Of a stretch of DNA of 64,000 bases, positions 41,590 to 52,468 are shown piece after piece (position 1 is the stretch's first letter; each line of letters starts with the position of its first letter). The translations under genes and the position numbers were made by a program. The stretch comes from an uncultured Bacilli bacterium (GTDB lineage Bacteria > Bacillota_I > Bacilli_A > RF39 > UBA660), in assembly GCA_947581765.1 (NCBI GenBank), contig CANPVU010000002.1, positions 123 to 64,122 on the forward strand, given 5' to 3'. Under the pieces are notes generated by a model. That model was not told the origin of the DNA. It worked only from the letters and a program-made list of their open reading frames with translations, and did not search any database.

Positions 41590-42030
41590 CTACTTAATCA
41601 TATTATTAAGAATATAATCCATAGTTATTTTTATATCTGGAAAACAATCAATATAGTCTAATTCATCACGCGAAAACCATCTAGCCGCACTTTCTTCTTC
41701 ACTATTTTCAACAATAGTATATGTTCCAACAGGTACAGCTGCATATATAATATCAACATGAACATTTCCATCACTATGTCTATTTCTTTGAATACCTAGT
41801 GGTCTAATAAAATCATCTTCTCTTGGAAATCTATCACCAAGTAATTTTACTTTTATACCAGTTTCTTCATAAGCTTCACGTAAAGCACATTCTTCTGGAG
41901 TCTCATTATCTTCAATATGTCCACCTGGTTGAGTCCATTTTTGATTTTTTTTGTGCATAATAAGTAATATTTTTTTATTTTCTGGATTAATAATAAATAC
42001 AGATGCACAAAAATGTCTTGTCATATTCAT
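41590..42030 (-). CDS. NUDIX hydrolase
   Basis: Nudix box GGHIEDNETPEECALREAYEETG. Confidence 0.9.
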   Translation of the reverse strand: MNMTRHFCASVFIINPENKKILLIMHKKNQKWTQPGGHIEDNETPEECALREAYEETGIKVKLLGDRFPREDDFIRPLGIQRNRHSDGNVHVDIIYAAVPVGTYTIVENSEEESAARWFSRDELDYIDCFPDIKITMDYILNNMIK

Positions 42031-42071
42031 TCTATCACCAAAAAAATTATAACAAAAATTATATTTATTGT

Positions 42072-42788
42072 CTATTCTAGTATGTCAAGAGATTTTATAT
42101 TTTCATTCTCTTCATAAATAGTTATTTTATCATTTGTATCCAATGTACATAGTATTATTTTAGAAGTATCTTCATACCCTTTTACTTTTAATTCATGAAG
42201 TAACCATTCTTCTGTTTTATTTAATAGTTTTAAATTTTTTATCATTACTTTTCCATCTAATATAACATTTCCAAGTAACGTTTCTTCTTCACATTGTATA
42301 TTCATATCATTTATAGTAACTTCCTTATACTTAGATTTAGGTAAAAAACTCATCTCTCCATTTACTTCCATTATGCCAAATGCTATTTGAGATATATCAA
42401 AATATCCTTTTATTCTGCATTCTTCCAATAATTCATTCATTTCTAATCTAACCTTTTTCATATTTTTTCTAAGTATTTTTCCATCTTGAATAATAATCGT
42501 CGGTGTACCCATTATCCACCTTCTAAGGCCTATACTTTTCATTGTAATTATTGAAACAAGATAAGATATTAAACCAAATAAAATAACTGCCCAAATACCA
42601 TTTATTTCTGGAGAATCTGTATTTATAGTCATCTCTGCTGCAAAATTACCTATAGATATACCTATTACATAATCAAATAAACTTAGTTCTGATACTTGCT
42701 TTTTTCCAACTATTTTAGTTATTATAAATAAAGTAAATAAGGATATTAATGCTCTATAAGTTACTGCTCCAAAAGTATCTAAATTCAT
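42072..42788 (-). CDS. DUF421/YetF-like membrane protein
   Basis: Three N-terminal TM segments and a C-terminal soluble domain (IIIQDGKILRKNMKK), as in the YetF/YdfS family. Confidence 0.7.
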   Translation of the reverse strand: MNLDTFGAVTYRALISLFTLFIITKIVGKKQVSELSLFDYVIGISIGNFAAEMTINTDSPEINGIWAVILFGLISYLVSIITMKSIGLRRWIMGTPTIIIQDGKILRKNMKKVRLEMNELLEECRIKGYFDISQIAFGIMEVNGEMSFLPKSKYKEVTINDMNIQCEEETLLGNVILDGKVMIKNLKLLNKTEEWLLHELKVKGYEDTSKIILCTLDTNDKITIYEENENIKSLDILE

Positions 42789-42836
42789 TTATATCACCAA
42801 TATTAATATGTACAAAAAAAGATAGTTAATACTATC

Positions 42837-43049
42837 TTAAGCTTTTTTATCGAAACCATATTTACGATTAAATTGTTCTACACGTCCAGTTTTTGATTTT
42901 AATTTGTCTTTATTACCATTATAAAATGGATGACACTTATCACAAGTTTCAACATGTAATTCTTTCTTATTAGATAAAACTGTAAATTTATTTCCACAAG
43001 AACATATTACTTCTGTTTCAACATATTCTGGATGAATTCCTTTTTTCAT
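42837..43049 (-). CDS. rpmE: 50S ribosomal protein L31
   Basis: Begins MKKGIHPEY; also contains CSCG...CDKCHPFY. Confidence 0.95.
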   Translation of the reverse strand: MKKGIHPEYVETEVICSCGNKFTVLSNKKELHVETCDKCHPFYNGNKDKLKSKTGRVEQFNRKYGFDKKA

Positions 43050-43161
43050 GTTTTCTCTCCTTCCGCCATGACTAATTTTAGTCATAGAAATTCAATTCTT
43101 CCATATTGTAACAAAAAATATAGATAATTGCAAGTATAATAAAAAGCCTTTATAACAAGGC

Positions 43162-43821
43162 TTAATCTCTATTCTTACCAAATAATGATAAAAGATCCAA
43201 AAATATATTAATAAAATCTAAGTATAGTTGAAATGCACCTAATATAGCTAAAGACTCATCACTTGATACCATATAAAATTTTCTTTTTATCATTTGAATA
43301 TCAAATGCTATATATGCCATAAATATAACTAAACTTAATATAGTAATACCTAAATTTAAAGCTAACGATTTAACAAAAATACTTATTAAAGATAATATTA
43401 TTATACCAAGTATCCCCATCATTAAGTAAGTACTAATCTTAGTAAGATCTATTTTTGTTTTATATCCTAGGATTCCAAATATTAACAATACTCCTGCTGT
43501 TGCTAAAAACACATAAATTATAGAAGTTAAATCATAAAGTATAAATATCGAAGCAAATGTTAATCCGGTTAGTGCTGTATATAAAATATATAGTACAGAT
43601 GCTACTACTGGACTCATTTTATGAATTCTAGCAGATAAAACAATGGCAAGTACTATCTGTACTATCCATATAATAAAATAACTTCCATTAGAAAATAGCG
43701 TATTTAATAATGGTTCATTTCCTTGAATTGCATATCCCATTCCAAATGTTATAGCTAATCCTAAAAATAACCACATAAACATTTTGGAAAATATTTGTTT
43801 TGTATCCAACAATTTTCTCAC
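43162..43821 (-). CDS. BAX inhibitor-1/YccA-family membrane protein
   Basis: 7-TM protein of 219 aa ending in a basic tail (LFGKNRD). Confidence 0.8.
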   Translation of the reverse strand: MRKLLDTKQIFSKMFMWLFLGLAITFGMGYAIQGNEPLLNTLFSNGSYFIIWIVQIVLAIVLSARIHKMSPVVASVLYILYTALTGLTFASIFILYDLTSIIYVFLATAGVLLIFGILGYKTKIDLTKISTYLMMGILGIIILSLISIFVKSLALNLGITILSLVIFMAYIAFDIQMIKRKFYMVSSDESLAILGAFQLYLDFINIFLDLLSLFGKNRD

Positions 43822-44240
43822 CTCTTTATAATTATATCATATTTATCTTTTAATTGAAAAATCCACGAATTTATATTTTTATCAATAATAGTATTCCCTT
43901 TTCTTAAAATAATTATTATATTTTCTTTAGAATATACTCTTAGTTTATACAAAAGTTCATTTATATATCCTATGCTATACTTATTTAAATATAAATCATT
44001 TAAATCAAAATAAATATTATTTGCTTTAACTAATAAATTTTGAATATGTTTATTTTTTATAACTATATTATCATCTATATCTCGTATAATATCTTCAACC
44101 CTAGTATCTTTATATCTATATACATATTCATTTTCATAATAATCACCCATATATAAATTAATATCTGATTTATAATTAACTTTCATACTAATAATTATTA
44201 TTAATGCTAAAATAATTAAACAAAATATTATTTTTTTCAT
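43818..44240 (-). CDS. Hypothetical membrane-anchored protein
   Basis: Has an N-terminal signal/anchor sequence and overlaps the downstream gene by 4 nt. Confidence 0.55.
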   Translation of the reverse strand: MKKIIFCLIILALIIIISMKVNYKSDINLYMGDYYENEYVYRYKDTRVEDIIRDIDDNIVIKNKHIQNLLVKANNIYFDLNDLYLNKYSIGYINELLYKLRVYSKENIIIILRKGNTIIDKNINSWIFQLKDKYDIIIKR

Positions 44241-44270
44241 ATACACCTCAAAAAAAGTAGCATAAGCTAC

Positions 44271-45527
44271 TTAATTATATTCTTCTAATTCAATTTCTGC
44301 ACCAATATTTGTTAATTTTCCAATAATATTTTCATATCCTCTTAATACATGTTCAACATTATCCACTATTGTTTGACCATTAGCTATAAGCCCAGCTAAT
44401 ACTAAACAAGCACCTGCTCTTAGGTCAGTAGCAGTTACATTCATACCTGTTAAGTTTTTAGGTCCAACTACAGTTAATACCTTTTCATTTATTGTTATAT
44501 CAGCGCCCATATCTACTAAGTATTTTACATTTTGGAATCTATTTTCATATATAGTTTCTTCTAATGTAGATATTCCAGCTAACTGTGTCAATAATACTGT
44601 AAGTGGTTGCTGCAAATCAGTTGGAAAACCTGGATATCCTAATGTCTTTACATTTATTGGATTACCACGATTAATTTTGGATATTGTTACACTATTATCG
44701 TTTATTTCCATATCACATCCAATTTCTTTTAATTTATCTAAAAGAGAATTTACATGTTCTGGAATTATATTATTTACTTTAAGTTTATTTCCAATTAAAG
44801 CTCCTGCTATTATATATGTCCCAGTTTCTATTCTATCTGGTATAACTTCTGTATATCCACTACCAAGATATTCTACACCAAGTATTTTAATGGTACTAGT
44901 TCCAGCACCTGTTATTTTAGCTCCCATATTATTTAAAAACGTAGCAACATTAACTATTTCTGGTTCTCTTGCAGCATTTTCAATTATAGTTTGTCCCTCA
45001 GCTTTAACAGCACTTAATATAATGTTTACTGTAGCACCTACACTAGGCATATCTAAATATATCTTACTACCAACTAATTTTTCTGCACTTATTGTAAATT
45101 TATTACCTTCTTCTTTTACTGTTGCTCCTAGTGCCTTATAACCTTTTAGAGTTTGATCTATTGGTCTTGCACCTATTGAACATCCACCAGGGAAAAACAT
45201 TTCAACATATTTGTACTTTCCTAATAAAGAAGACATAAAATAGTAAGATGCACGTAATTTCTTTGATATTGCTTCAGGAACTTCTTTATTAATGACATTC
45301 GAAGAATCAATAGTTATTTTTCCATTTTCACGTATTACATCTGCATTTAAATATTTTAATATTTCTTCTAAGGCATCTATATCCGATATATTTGGGACAT
45401 TATCAATAGTAACTTTTTCATCTGATAATAATGCTGCTGGAATAAGTGCTACAGCACTATTTTTTGCGCCACTAATATTTATATTTCCAGATAAGCTATG
45501 TCCTCCTACTATTTTTATTCTTTTCAT
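44271..45527 (-). CDS. murA: UDP-N-acetylglucosamine 1-carboxyvinyltransferase
   Basis: Begins MKRIKIVGGHSLSGNINISGAKNSAV; also contains the active-site loop GGCSIGARPID. Confidence 0.96.
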   Translation of the reverse strand: MKRIKIVGGHSLSGNINISGAKNSAVALIPAALLSDEKVTIDNVPNISDIDALEEILKYLNADVIRENGKITIDSSNVINKEVPEAISKKLRASYYFMSSLLGKYKYVEMFFPGGCSIGARPIDQTLKGYKALGATVKEEGNKFTISAEKLVGSKIYLDMPSVGATVNIILSAVKAEGQTIIENAAREPEIVNVATFLNNMGAKITGAGTSTIKILGVEYLGSGYTEVIPDRIETGTYIIAGALIGNKLKVNNIIPEHVNSLLDKLKEIGCDMEINDNSVTISKINRGNPINVKTLGYPGFPTDLQQPLTVLLTQLAGISTLEETIYENRFQNVKYLVDMGADITINEKVLTVVGPKNLTGMNVTATDLRAGACLVLAGLIANGQTIVDNVEHVLRGYENIIGKLTNIGAEIELEEYN

Positions 45528-45570
45528 ACTTACCTCCACTATAATATATGTTTAAATTAAGTACATGCAA

Positions 45571-46419
45571 CTATATAGATTGAGTACCTAATATATTAAT
45601 TTTGTAATCTATAATTTCTTTTATAGAATTCTCTCCAGATTTTATAATTTTTCTTGGGTCATATACATTTTTATCTTCATCTAAAAATTTTCTAACACAA
45701 TTTGCCCATGCTTGTTGTAACTCTGTATTAATATTTAATTTACAAATTCCATAATTTAGCGATTTTTTTATTAATTCATCCGATATACCACTACCACCAT
45801 GTAATACTAAAGGAACATTACATTTTTCACTTATATCTTTCATTAATTCAAAATTTAAATTAGGTTGACCAATGTATGGTCCATGAGCACTACCTAAAGC
45901 TGGGGCTAATGCATCAATATTAGTTTCTTTACAAAATTTTATACATTCATCTAAATTAGCATACATAACTTCTGTATTTGTTGTATCTAAATTATTTTTC
46001 AAATATCCTACTTCTGCTTCTGTTGATACATTGTTTTCTTTTGCATATTTAACTACCGTCTTAGTAATTTTTATATTTTCATCTATTGAATATTTTGATG
46101 CATCAATCATTACAGATGTAAAACCTGAATCTATAGCTTGCTTACATACATCAAAGCTACTACCATGATCTAGATGTAAAACAACTGGTACTGACACACC
46201 TAAATATTCTATCAAATTTTCTACCATATTTGCAACTGTTTTATATCCACCCATATATTTTGCTGCTCCTTCACTTACGCCTAATATTACGGGAACTTTT
46301 AATTTATCTACTTCTTCAAGAATAAATCTAGTCCATTCTAAATTATTTATATTAAACTGTGCTACTGCATATTTTTTTTGCATTGCATCCTTTAATATAT
46401 CAGACATGTTAACTAACAT
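45571..46419 (-). CDS. fba: Class II fructose-bisphosphate aldolase
   Basis: Contains AVAQFNINNLEW, HLDHG and LVLHGGSG. AGGTGA lies upstream of the ATG at 46419. Confidence 0.94.
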   Translation of the reverse strand: MLVNMSDILKDAMQKKYAVAQFNINNLEWTRFILEEVDKLKVPVILGVSEGAAKYMGGYKTVANMVENLIEYLGVSVPVVLHLDHGSSFDVCKQAIDSGFTSVMIDASKYSIDENIKITKTVVKYAKENNVSTEAEVGYLKNNLDTTNTEVMYANLDECIKFCKETNIDALAPALGSAHGPYIGQPNLNFELMKDISEKCNVPLVLHGGSGISDELIKKSLNYGICKLNINTELQQAWANCVRKFLDEDKNVYDPRKIIKSGENSIKEIIDYKINILGTQSI

Positions 46420-46510
46420 TGTATCACCTATTAAAATAATATTATGTAAAAGAATAAAAGTCAATAAAACAAAAGATAAATACCATATTATGGACAAACA
46501 ATATACATAT

Positions 46511-47017
46511 TTAATTCATATATTTATCAATCATATCCATTACATATGATCTATACTCTACATCAGTACTTTCTTCAGCTTCCATCAAACATAGTGGAGG
46601 AAATAATACACACCACCAATTTTTGCCTAATCCATTTCCTAGTGTAATTACTAAAGATTTATATTCTCCCTCTTCATATACTAATCCTTTATATTCCTTT
46701 TCTGGAAAAAAGTTCATACCATAATCAATCTTATAATTTTGTGTATATTTAGATATAAGATTTTTTATATTTGATATAGAATTTTTAATTACAGTATCAG
46801 CTTGTTCTACATTATCTATATTTTTAAGTTGTTCATACATGTAATCTTCTACTTCATCTTTAACTTTCAATTTTAATTCTTGATCTTCTTTGCTATCTGA
46901 ATTTGCTATAACTCTTATTCTAATTGCATCCTCTGGAATAATATTTTCTTTTGTCAAATAATTAGATATTAAAACTAATGTTACGACTGCTCCAAAAACA
47001 AAAAGAATGTTTTTCAT
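46511..47017 (-). CDS. spoIIR: Stage II sporulation protein R
   Basis: Contains IRIRVIANSDSKEDQELKLKVKDEV and NWWCVLFPPLC. Confidence 0.85.
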   Translation of the reverse strand: MKNILFVFGAVVTLVLISNYLTKENIIPEDAIRIRVIANSDSKEDQELKLKVKDEVEDYMYEQLKNIDNVEQADTVIKNSISNIKNLISKYTQNYKIDYGMNFFPEKEYKGLVYEEGEYKSLVITLGNGLGKNWWCVLFPPLCLMEAEESTDVEYRSYVMDMIDKYMN

Positions 47018-47081
47018 ATATGTCATCTCCTAACATATATTGATAAACATTCTAAAAATTTATTCATTATTATAAATTTTT

Positions 47082-47417
47082 TTAAAAGATAATAGATATT
47101 ACATTAAATAAAAATGTAATACCAAATCCTATTAGAGCACCCATACCTGCTACTTTAGAATCTCCTGGTTTACTATCTTTCCAAACTAAGTACAAAATTA
47201 AACCTACTATAGGAACAAAAAATCCCAATATTCCCCAGCCTATATTTCCTTTTTGATTTTGTACTGGTTGATTATAAACAGGTTGCCCTACTGGTTGTTG
47301 ATAAACATTCATCTGTGGTTGTGCATTATTCTGCACAGTTAAATTCGTACTTCCACAATTTGGACAAGTAGTATATTGATCTGCTACTTGACTTCCACAT
47401 ACATTACATACTTTCAT
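47082..47417 (-). CDS. Zinc-ribbon membrane protein, tandem paralog 1
   Basis: Begins MKVCNVCGSQV..CPNCGS, followed by a Q/P-rich linker and two TM segments (GWGILGFFVPIVGLILYLVWKD). Confidence 0.7.
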   Translation of the reverse strand: MKVCNVCGSQVADQYTTCPNCGSTNLTVQNNAQPQMNVYQQPVGQPVYNQPVQNQKGNIGWGILGFFVPIVGLILYLVWKDSKPGDSKVAGMGALIGFGITFLFNVISIIF

Positions 47418-47437
47418 TTTCTTCACCTCTAATAAAA

Positions 47438-47812
47438 TTACATAAAATTAAAAATTAATGGCACAAGTGATATTACAAACATAAGTACAATAAATGCAAT
47501 ATATAATATGCAAAGACCCATACTTACTATTACTGATATTAAAGCACCCTTACCTGCAATTAGTGAATCTGCTGGGTTAGTATCCTTCCAAACTAAATAC
47601 ATAACTAAACCTGCAATTGGTATAAAAAATCCTAGTATTCCCCAGCCTATATTTCCATTTTGATTTTGTATTGGTTGATTATAAACAGGTTGTTGATAAG
47701 CGCTCATCTGTGGTTGTATATTATTCTGCACAGTTAAATTCATACTTCCACAATTTGGACAAGTAGTATATTGATCAGATACTTGACTTCCACATTCACT
47801 GCATACTTTCAT
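47438..47812 (-). CDS. Zinc-ribbon membrane protein, tandem paralog 2
   Basis: Same architecture as 47082-47417. Long stretches are near-identical at the DNA level. Confidence 0.7.
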   Translation of the reverse strand: MKVCSECGSQVSDQYTTCPNCGSMNLTVQNNIQPQMSAYQQPVYNQPIQNQNGNIGWGILGFFIPIAGLVMYLVWKDTNPADSLIAGKGALISVIVSMGLCILYIAFIVLMFVISLVPLIFNFM

Positions 47813-47891
47813 TTTAACACACCCTTGCTGATTTAATGATATCATAAATTAAACAAAATTTGTTGACAAACTTGTTTATTTTACACTATTA

Positions 47892-48347
47892 TTACTTATG
47901 ATAAGATTCATTGTTATTAATTTTAAAACTTCTATAAATTTGTTCAAGCAATAAAACTCTAAATAATTGGTGTGGAAAAGTAAGTTTTGAGAAAGATAAC
48001 TTGTAGTTACTTCTATTTTGTATACTACTATGTAAACCGTATGAACCACCTATCACAAAAACTAAACTTGAATTTGATAAATATAAATTATTTATTTTTT
48101 GTGCTAAATCAACAGATGATATCTCATTTCCATTTATTTCAAGTGTTATTACATAATCTTTAGGAGTTATATTTTTTTCTAACTCAATAGCTTCTTGTTT
48201 CAAAATATCTTCTACTGGAAAATTAGAATAATCCCTACACTCAATTATCTTTACTTTTTCATATTTTTGTAATCTTTTCATATATTCTTCTATAGCATCC
48301 CTATAAAATTTTTCTTTTATTTTTCCTACACATAATATCTTTATCAT
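47892..48347 (-). CDS. rlmH: 23S rRNA (pseudouridine1915-N3)-methyltransferase RlmH
   Basis: SPOUT fold, about 150 aa, with FVIGGSYGL and LTFPHQLFRVLLLEQIYR. Confidence 0.92.
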   Translation of the reverse strand: MIKILCVGKIKEKFYRDAIEEYMKRLQKYEKVKIIECRDYSNFPVEDILKQEAIELEKNITPKDYVITLEINGNEISSVDLAQKINNLYLSNSSLVFVIGGSYGLHSSIQNRSNYKLSFSKLTFPHQLFRVLLLEQIYRSFKINNNESYHK

Positions 48348-49105
48348 ACAGCTACACCTTCAGTTACCTCTTCTTGTAATGCCACTGAAATATTATCAAA
48401 TTTTATTCCTTTTCTTTTTAGTGTATTAACTAAATTATCAAGTGCTATTTCTGGTGTATTATTATGTTCACTTAAATGAGCTAAATATATTTTTTCTGTT
48501 TTATTACCAATATATTTTGCTAAATAGTTTGCAGAATCTTTATTTGATAAGTGTCCTTCATCACCTAATATACGCATTTTTAAGTAATGTGGATAATGCT
48601 CATTATTCATAAGCATTTCTACATCATGATTACTTTCCATAACATACACATTTCTATTTTTCAAAATTTTATCATACTTTTCATTTATATATCCTGTATC
48701 AGTAATATATACCATAGACTTACCATCAGCTTCAATTAAAAATCCTCTTGAGTCTTTAGCATCATGTGATGTAGGTATTACAGTTACTTTAAGTTCATCT
48801 ATCTGTACTTCTTTACTTAATTCTTTATAATTATCTATTTTTAAATTTGCTTCTTCTATAATATTTTTTGTTATATATATTGTTGGATTATACTTTTTAT
48901 AAAATACATTTATTCCTGCAACATGGTCTTTATGGGCATGAGTTACAAATACACTATCAATGTTATTAGGTTCAATACCTATCTCCTTTAATTTTTTTTC
49001 AATTTGTAATGACGATTTTCCAATATCTATTAAAATATTGTGTTTTTTAGTTTGAATAAAAGTACAATTACCTTTACTTCCACTTGCTAAAACAGTTACT
49101 ATCAT
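48344..49105 (-). CDS. MBL-fold metallo-hydrolase, YycJ/WalJ-like
   Basis: Contains the HAHKDH motif. Sits next to rlmH as in Bacilli. Confidence 0.85.
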   Translation of the reverse strand: MIVTVLASGSKGNCTFIQTKKHNILIDIGKSSLQIEKKLKEIGIEPNNIDSVFVTHAHKDHVAGINVFYKKYNPTIYITKNIIEEANLKIDNYKELSKEVQIDELKVTVIPTSHDAKDSRGFLIEADGKSMVYITDTGYINEKYDKILKNRNVYVMESNHDVEMLMNNEHYPHYLKMRILGDEGHLSNKDSANYLAKYIGNKTEKIYLAHLSEHNNTPEIALDNLVNTLKRKGIKFDNISVALQEEVTEGVAV

Positions 49106-51111
49106 TTTTTTAATAAAGGTAATGGATTAATAACATTTGCATATCTGTTTTCATGTTCTCTTATTTCAAAGTGTAAATGTGGTCCTGTTGCTGCACCACT
49201 TGATCCAACATATCCTATCTGTTGCCCACGTGAAACCGTATCACCAACTTTAAGTCCACTTACAAACCTACTCATATGTCCATATACAGTCCAATAACCA
49301 TTATTATGATCTATAATTATATGAGTACCATAATTCCATTTATCATGTTGCATCTTAACTATTGTTCCATTATTTGATGCATATACAGGTGAACCATATC
49401 CTGTTCCTGCTATATCAAGTCCAGCATGAAATTCTCTCGCACTTGGATTAAATGGATAAGATCTCCATCCAAAATATGATGTAAGTGTATATCCACTATT
49501 TGTTGGCCATCCCCAACTAGTTGTGCTACCAACATTAGGTATTTCTTTAGTACCAACTAATACTATCTCATCCTTAGAATTTTTTACAGTTTCATTACCA
49601 AGCAAATTAATATAAGAAATAGAACCATTTACTTTTTGAACTTTTTGGGATACTCTCATTAAACCATTCTCTCCCTTTTGTTCAATTTTCTCATTTCCTT
49701 TTATCATAGTATCATCATATTTTTCTACTCTTTTGTATTCTATATCTTTATCAAGCACTTGATATTCCTCTACAACCAAGTTAATCTTAGGATTTAATTT
49801 AGTTATTGTAATTGGTTGCTTATCATAAAATATATTATTTATACTATTAAAACTAGGATTAGATAAGAAAAACTCTTCTACACTTATTCCATTTTTATAA
49901 GCTAAATCCATTATTGAATCTGAACTAGATGCATATACTACACTTGTTTGTTTTTTATCACCATATAATAAGTATCCAGCTAATTCTGATGAATCATTAT
50001 ATATTTTTTCTTTAATTGATATATTTGTTTTCTTTATTGTTATATCATCTCTTAAGTATACATTATCCACCCTATTACCTGTATCTTTTATTTCCTTTTG
50101 CGTATTATTTTTATATTCTTCATATGTATCACTTCCAACAAATACAGAACTAATTTCTTCTATTGCATCATCAAATATTTCTTTTTTAGTAACATATATT
50201 ACTATATCTTCATTTGCATTTTCCTTTAATAATTTATAATCAGTAGATGCTACTGCACCTATTAATGTATTAGAAGGAGAAATACTACCACTAGATTTTT
50301 TTATTTTAAATTGATATCCCTCTATTGTACATGGTTTTTTATCAAGTATATCACTATATACTTCTTCTACTGATCTATAATTTTTATCATATGTAGATAC
50401 CTTTTTAATATTTATTCCTAATGGTTCATATATATTATCCGTATATAAATATATATTATTATCATTAACGTATTTTTTCATATATACATATTCTGTATAT
50501 CCAATATCTTCTAATTTATTAGAAACATAATCTTCTAAATTACTTTTTTCACTACTAGTTAAATTTATATTATTTCTATTACTATATAAATAATTTACTA
50601 TATTTTGTTTCCTTACCTTAATATCTTTATCTATTGATTGTTTTAATGTTTCAAAATTTTTTATTTCAGTTTCTGTTAATACTGTATTTGATTTATATTT
50701 ATCATCTAAATTTGAATAAACTGTTGCTACTGTAGATATATCAGATATTAATTTTCCATTTTCATCTACTAAAGCATTAATACTATCATATTTATTTTGT
50801 ATAAGTAGCATTTCATTGTACAATGTTGAATATTGAGTATTTTTTGAAATATATTTCTCCATTATTTCATAAACCGTATCAATACGCTCAACATCTATTT
50901 TATATCCATCTACTTGTTGTTTTACTATTTTACCTTGAGATGATATATATTTTTCTAATGTATCTTTAGACTTTATCATACCTATTTTTTCATTATCCAA
51001 ATATACTTGATATAAAGTAATAGGTTTAGTATTTTTTCTATAGTTAAATTCTAGAAAAAATACACATATTCCAATTACAATAATTGCTATATAAATTCCA
51101 TATTTTTTCAT
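49102..51111 (-). CDS. Membrane-anchored M23 peptidase with a G5-like domain
   Basis: N-terminal TM segment, a G5-like segment (IEQKGENGLMRVSQKV) and M23 motifs HAGLDIAG and GPHLHFEI. Confidence 0.85.
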   Translation of the reverse strand: MKKYGIYIAIIVIGICVFFLEFNYRKNTKPITLYQVYLDNEKIGMIKSKDTLEKYISSQGKIVKQQVDGYKIDVERIDTVYEIMEKYISKNTQYSTLYNEMLLIQNKYDSINALVDENGKLISDISTVATVYSNLDDKYKSNTVLTETEIKNFETLKQSIDKDIKVRKQNIVNYLYSNRNNINLTSSEKSNLEDYVSNKLEDIGYTEYVYMKKYVNDNNIYLYTDNIYEPLGINIKKVSTYDKNYRSVEEVYSDILDKKPCTIEGYQFKIKKSSGSISPSNTLIGAVASTDYKLLKENANEDIVIYVTKKEIFDDAIEEISSVFVGSDTYEEYKNNTQKEIKDTGNRVDNVYLRDDITIKKTNISIKEKIYNDSSELAGYLLYGDKKQTSVVYASSSDSIMDLAYKNGISVEEFFLSNPSFNSINNIFYDKQPITITKLNPKINLVVEEYQVLDKDIEYKRVEKYDDTMIKGNEKIEQKGENGLMRVSQKVQKVNGSISYINLLGNETVKNSKDEIVLVGTKEIPNVGSTTSWGWPTNSGYTLTSYFGWRSYPFNPSAREFHAGLDIAGTGYGSPVYASNNGTIVKMQHDKWNYGTHIIIDHNNGYWTVYGHMSRFVSGLKVGDTVSRGQQIGYVGSSGAATGPHLHFEIREHENRYANVINPLPLLKK

Positions 51112-51114
51112 ACA

Positions 51115-52458
51115 TCACCCATAATCTTCTATTTCATTATTTGCAACATTAACAAATGTACTAGTCGCAGTTTGAAATATTAAAGGAATATCCTTTAAAG
51201 GTCCATTACGATGTTTTCTAATAACTAATTCTGTTAATCTATCATCCTTTGTTTTCTCCTCTTCAGAACAATGAATAAATGCTACCATATCTGCATCTTG
51301 TTCTATTGCTCCTGACTCTCTTAAATCACTTAGTACTGGTTTATCTTTTCTTTGTTCAATTCCACGTGATAATTGTGAAAGTGCTATAACAGGTATTTCA
51401 AGTTCCATAGCCATTGTTTTAAGTGCTCTTGATATATCCGATACTTCTTGTTGTCTATTTTGTCCTGATACATTACTTTTTCCTGCACTTGTTATTAATG
51501 TTAAATAATCTATTATTACTACATCAAGACCTGTTGGTGAATTTTTTAATCTTCTACATTTTGCTCTTATATCTGCAACTGTTTGTCCTGCATTATCATC
51601 TATATTTATTCTTGTATTAGAAAGTCTACTTATCGCTTCATTAATTTTTTTCCAATCATTATGTTCTAAATTACCTTTTTTTAATTTATCACCAGGTATC
51701 TGTCCTACACTAGATAACATACGTGTTGCTAATTGTTCTGCACCCATTTCCATATTAAATATTGCAACACTTTTTTTAGACTGTATAGCCATATTAGTTG
51801 CCATATTAAGTGCAAAAGCAGTTTTTCCCATACCTGGACGTGCTGCAATAACTATCATTTGATGTGGTTGAAAACCACTCGTTATCTTATCTAAATCATA
51901 AAAACCACTCGGTATACCAGTTATTTCACTTTTATTTGTAGCTAATTTTTCTAAATCAGACTGCGTTTTAACCAACACATCTTGAATAGATTTAAATTCT
52001 GTTGTTTTAAGTCCTTGTGATACATCAGCTATTTTTTTCTGAGATTGATATAAAAAATCTCCTAAATCATTACTTACAGTATAACTTTGTTTAACTATAT
52101 CTGTTGCTTCATCTATTAATTTTCTAAGTAAAGATTTTTCACTTACTATTTTTATATAATCATCTATATTAGCAGTTGTTGGTACTTTATTTATCATATC
52201 AACAAGATAATCTACATTACCTACTTGTTGTAACCAATTTCTATGATTTAATTCTTCAGTAACTATAGTAATATCTACAGCCTTATTTGAGTCATTAATA
52301 AATTTTATACATTCAAATATTTTTTGATGTGAATCTAAATAAAAATCATTACTTACTAATCCTTCTAATGCTTTTTGAAGTGCAGTCTTCGTTAAAAACA
52401 TAGACCCAAGTACAGATTGTTCTGCTTCTATACTATGTGGTATTGTTTTTTCTTGCAT
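51115..52458 (-). CDS. dnaB: Replicative DNA helicase
   Basis: Contains PHSIEAEQSVLGSM and the Walker A box ARPGMGKTAFALN. Confidence 0.96.
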   Translation of the reverse strand: MQEKTIPHSIEAEQSVLGSMFLTKTALQKALEGLVSNDFYLDSHQKIFECIKFINDSNKAVDITIVTEELNHRNWLQQVGNVDYLVDMINKVPTTANIDDYIKIVSEKSLLRKLIDEATDIVKQSYTVSNDLGDFLYQSQKKIADVSQGLKTTEFKSIQDVLVKTQSDLEKLATNKSEITGIPSGFYDLDKITSGFQPHQMIVIAARPGMGKTAFALNMATNMAIQSKKSVAIFNMEMGAEQLATRMLSSVGQIPGDKLKKGNLEHNDWKKINEAISRLSNTRINIDDNAGQTVADIRAKCRRLKNSPTGLDVVIIDYLTLITSAGKSNVSGQNRQQEVSDISRALKTMAMELEIPVIALSQLSRGIEQRKDKPVLSDLRESGAIEQDADMVAFIHCSEEEKTKDDRLTELVIRKHRNGPLKDIPLIFQTATSTFVNVANNEIEDYG

Positions 52459-52468
52459 GCTTTCACCT

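Noticed and set aside
44677-45555. 154-aa and 87-aa plus-strand ORFs.
   Set aside because: Both lie antisense within murA, which is unambiguous, and their translations are low-complexity.
48588-48596. Perfect DnaA-box-like 9-mer TGTGGATAA. This was considered because many origin-proximal genes are present (parAB, dnaB, ssb, ychF).
   Set aside because: It is a single occurrence inside the MBL-hydrolase coding sequence. There is no box cluster, and dnaA/dnaN are not in the window.
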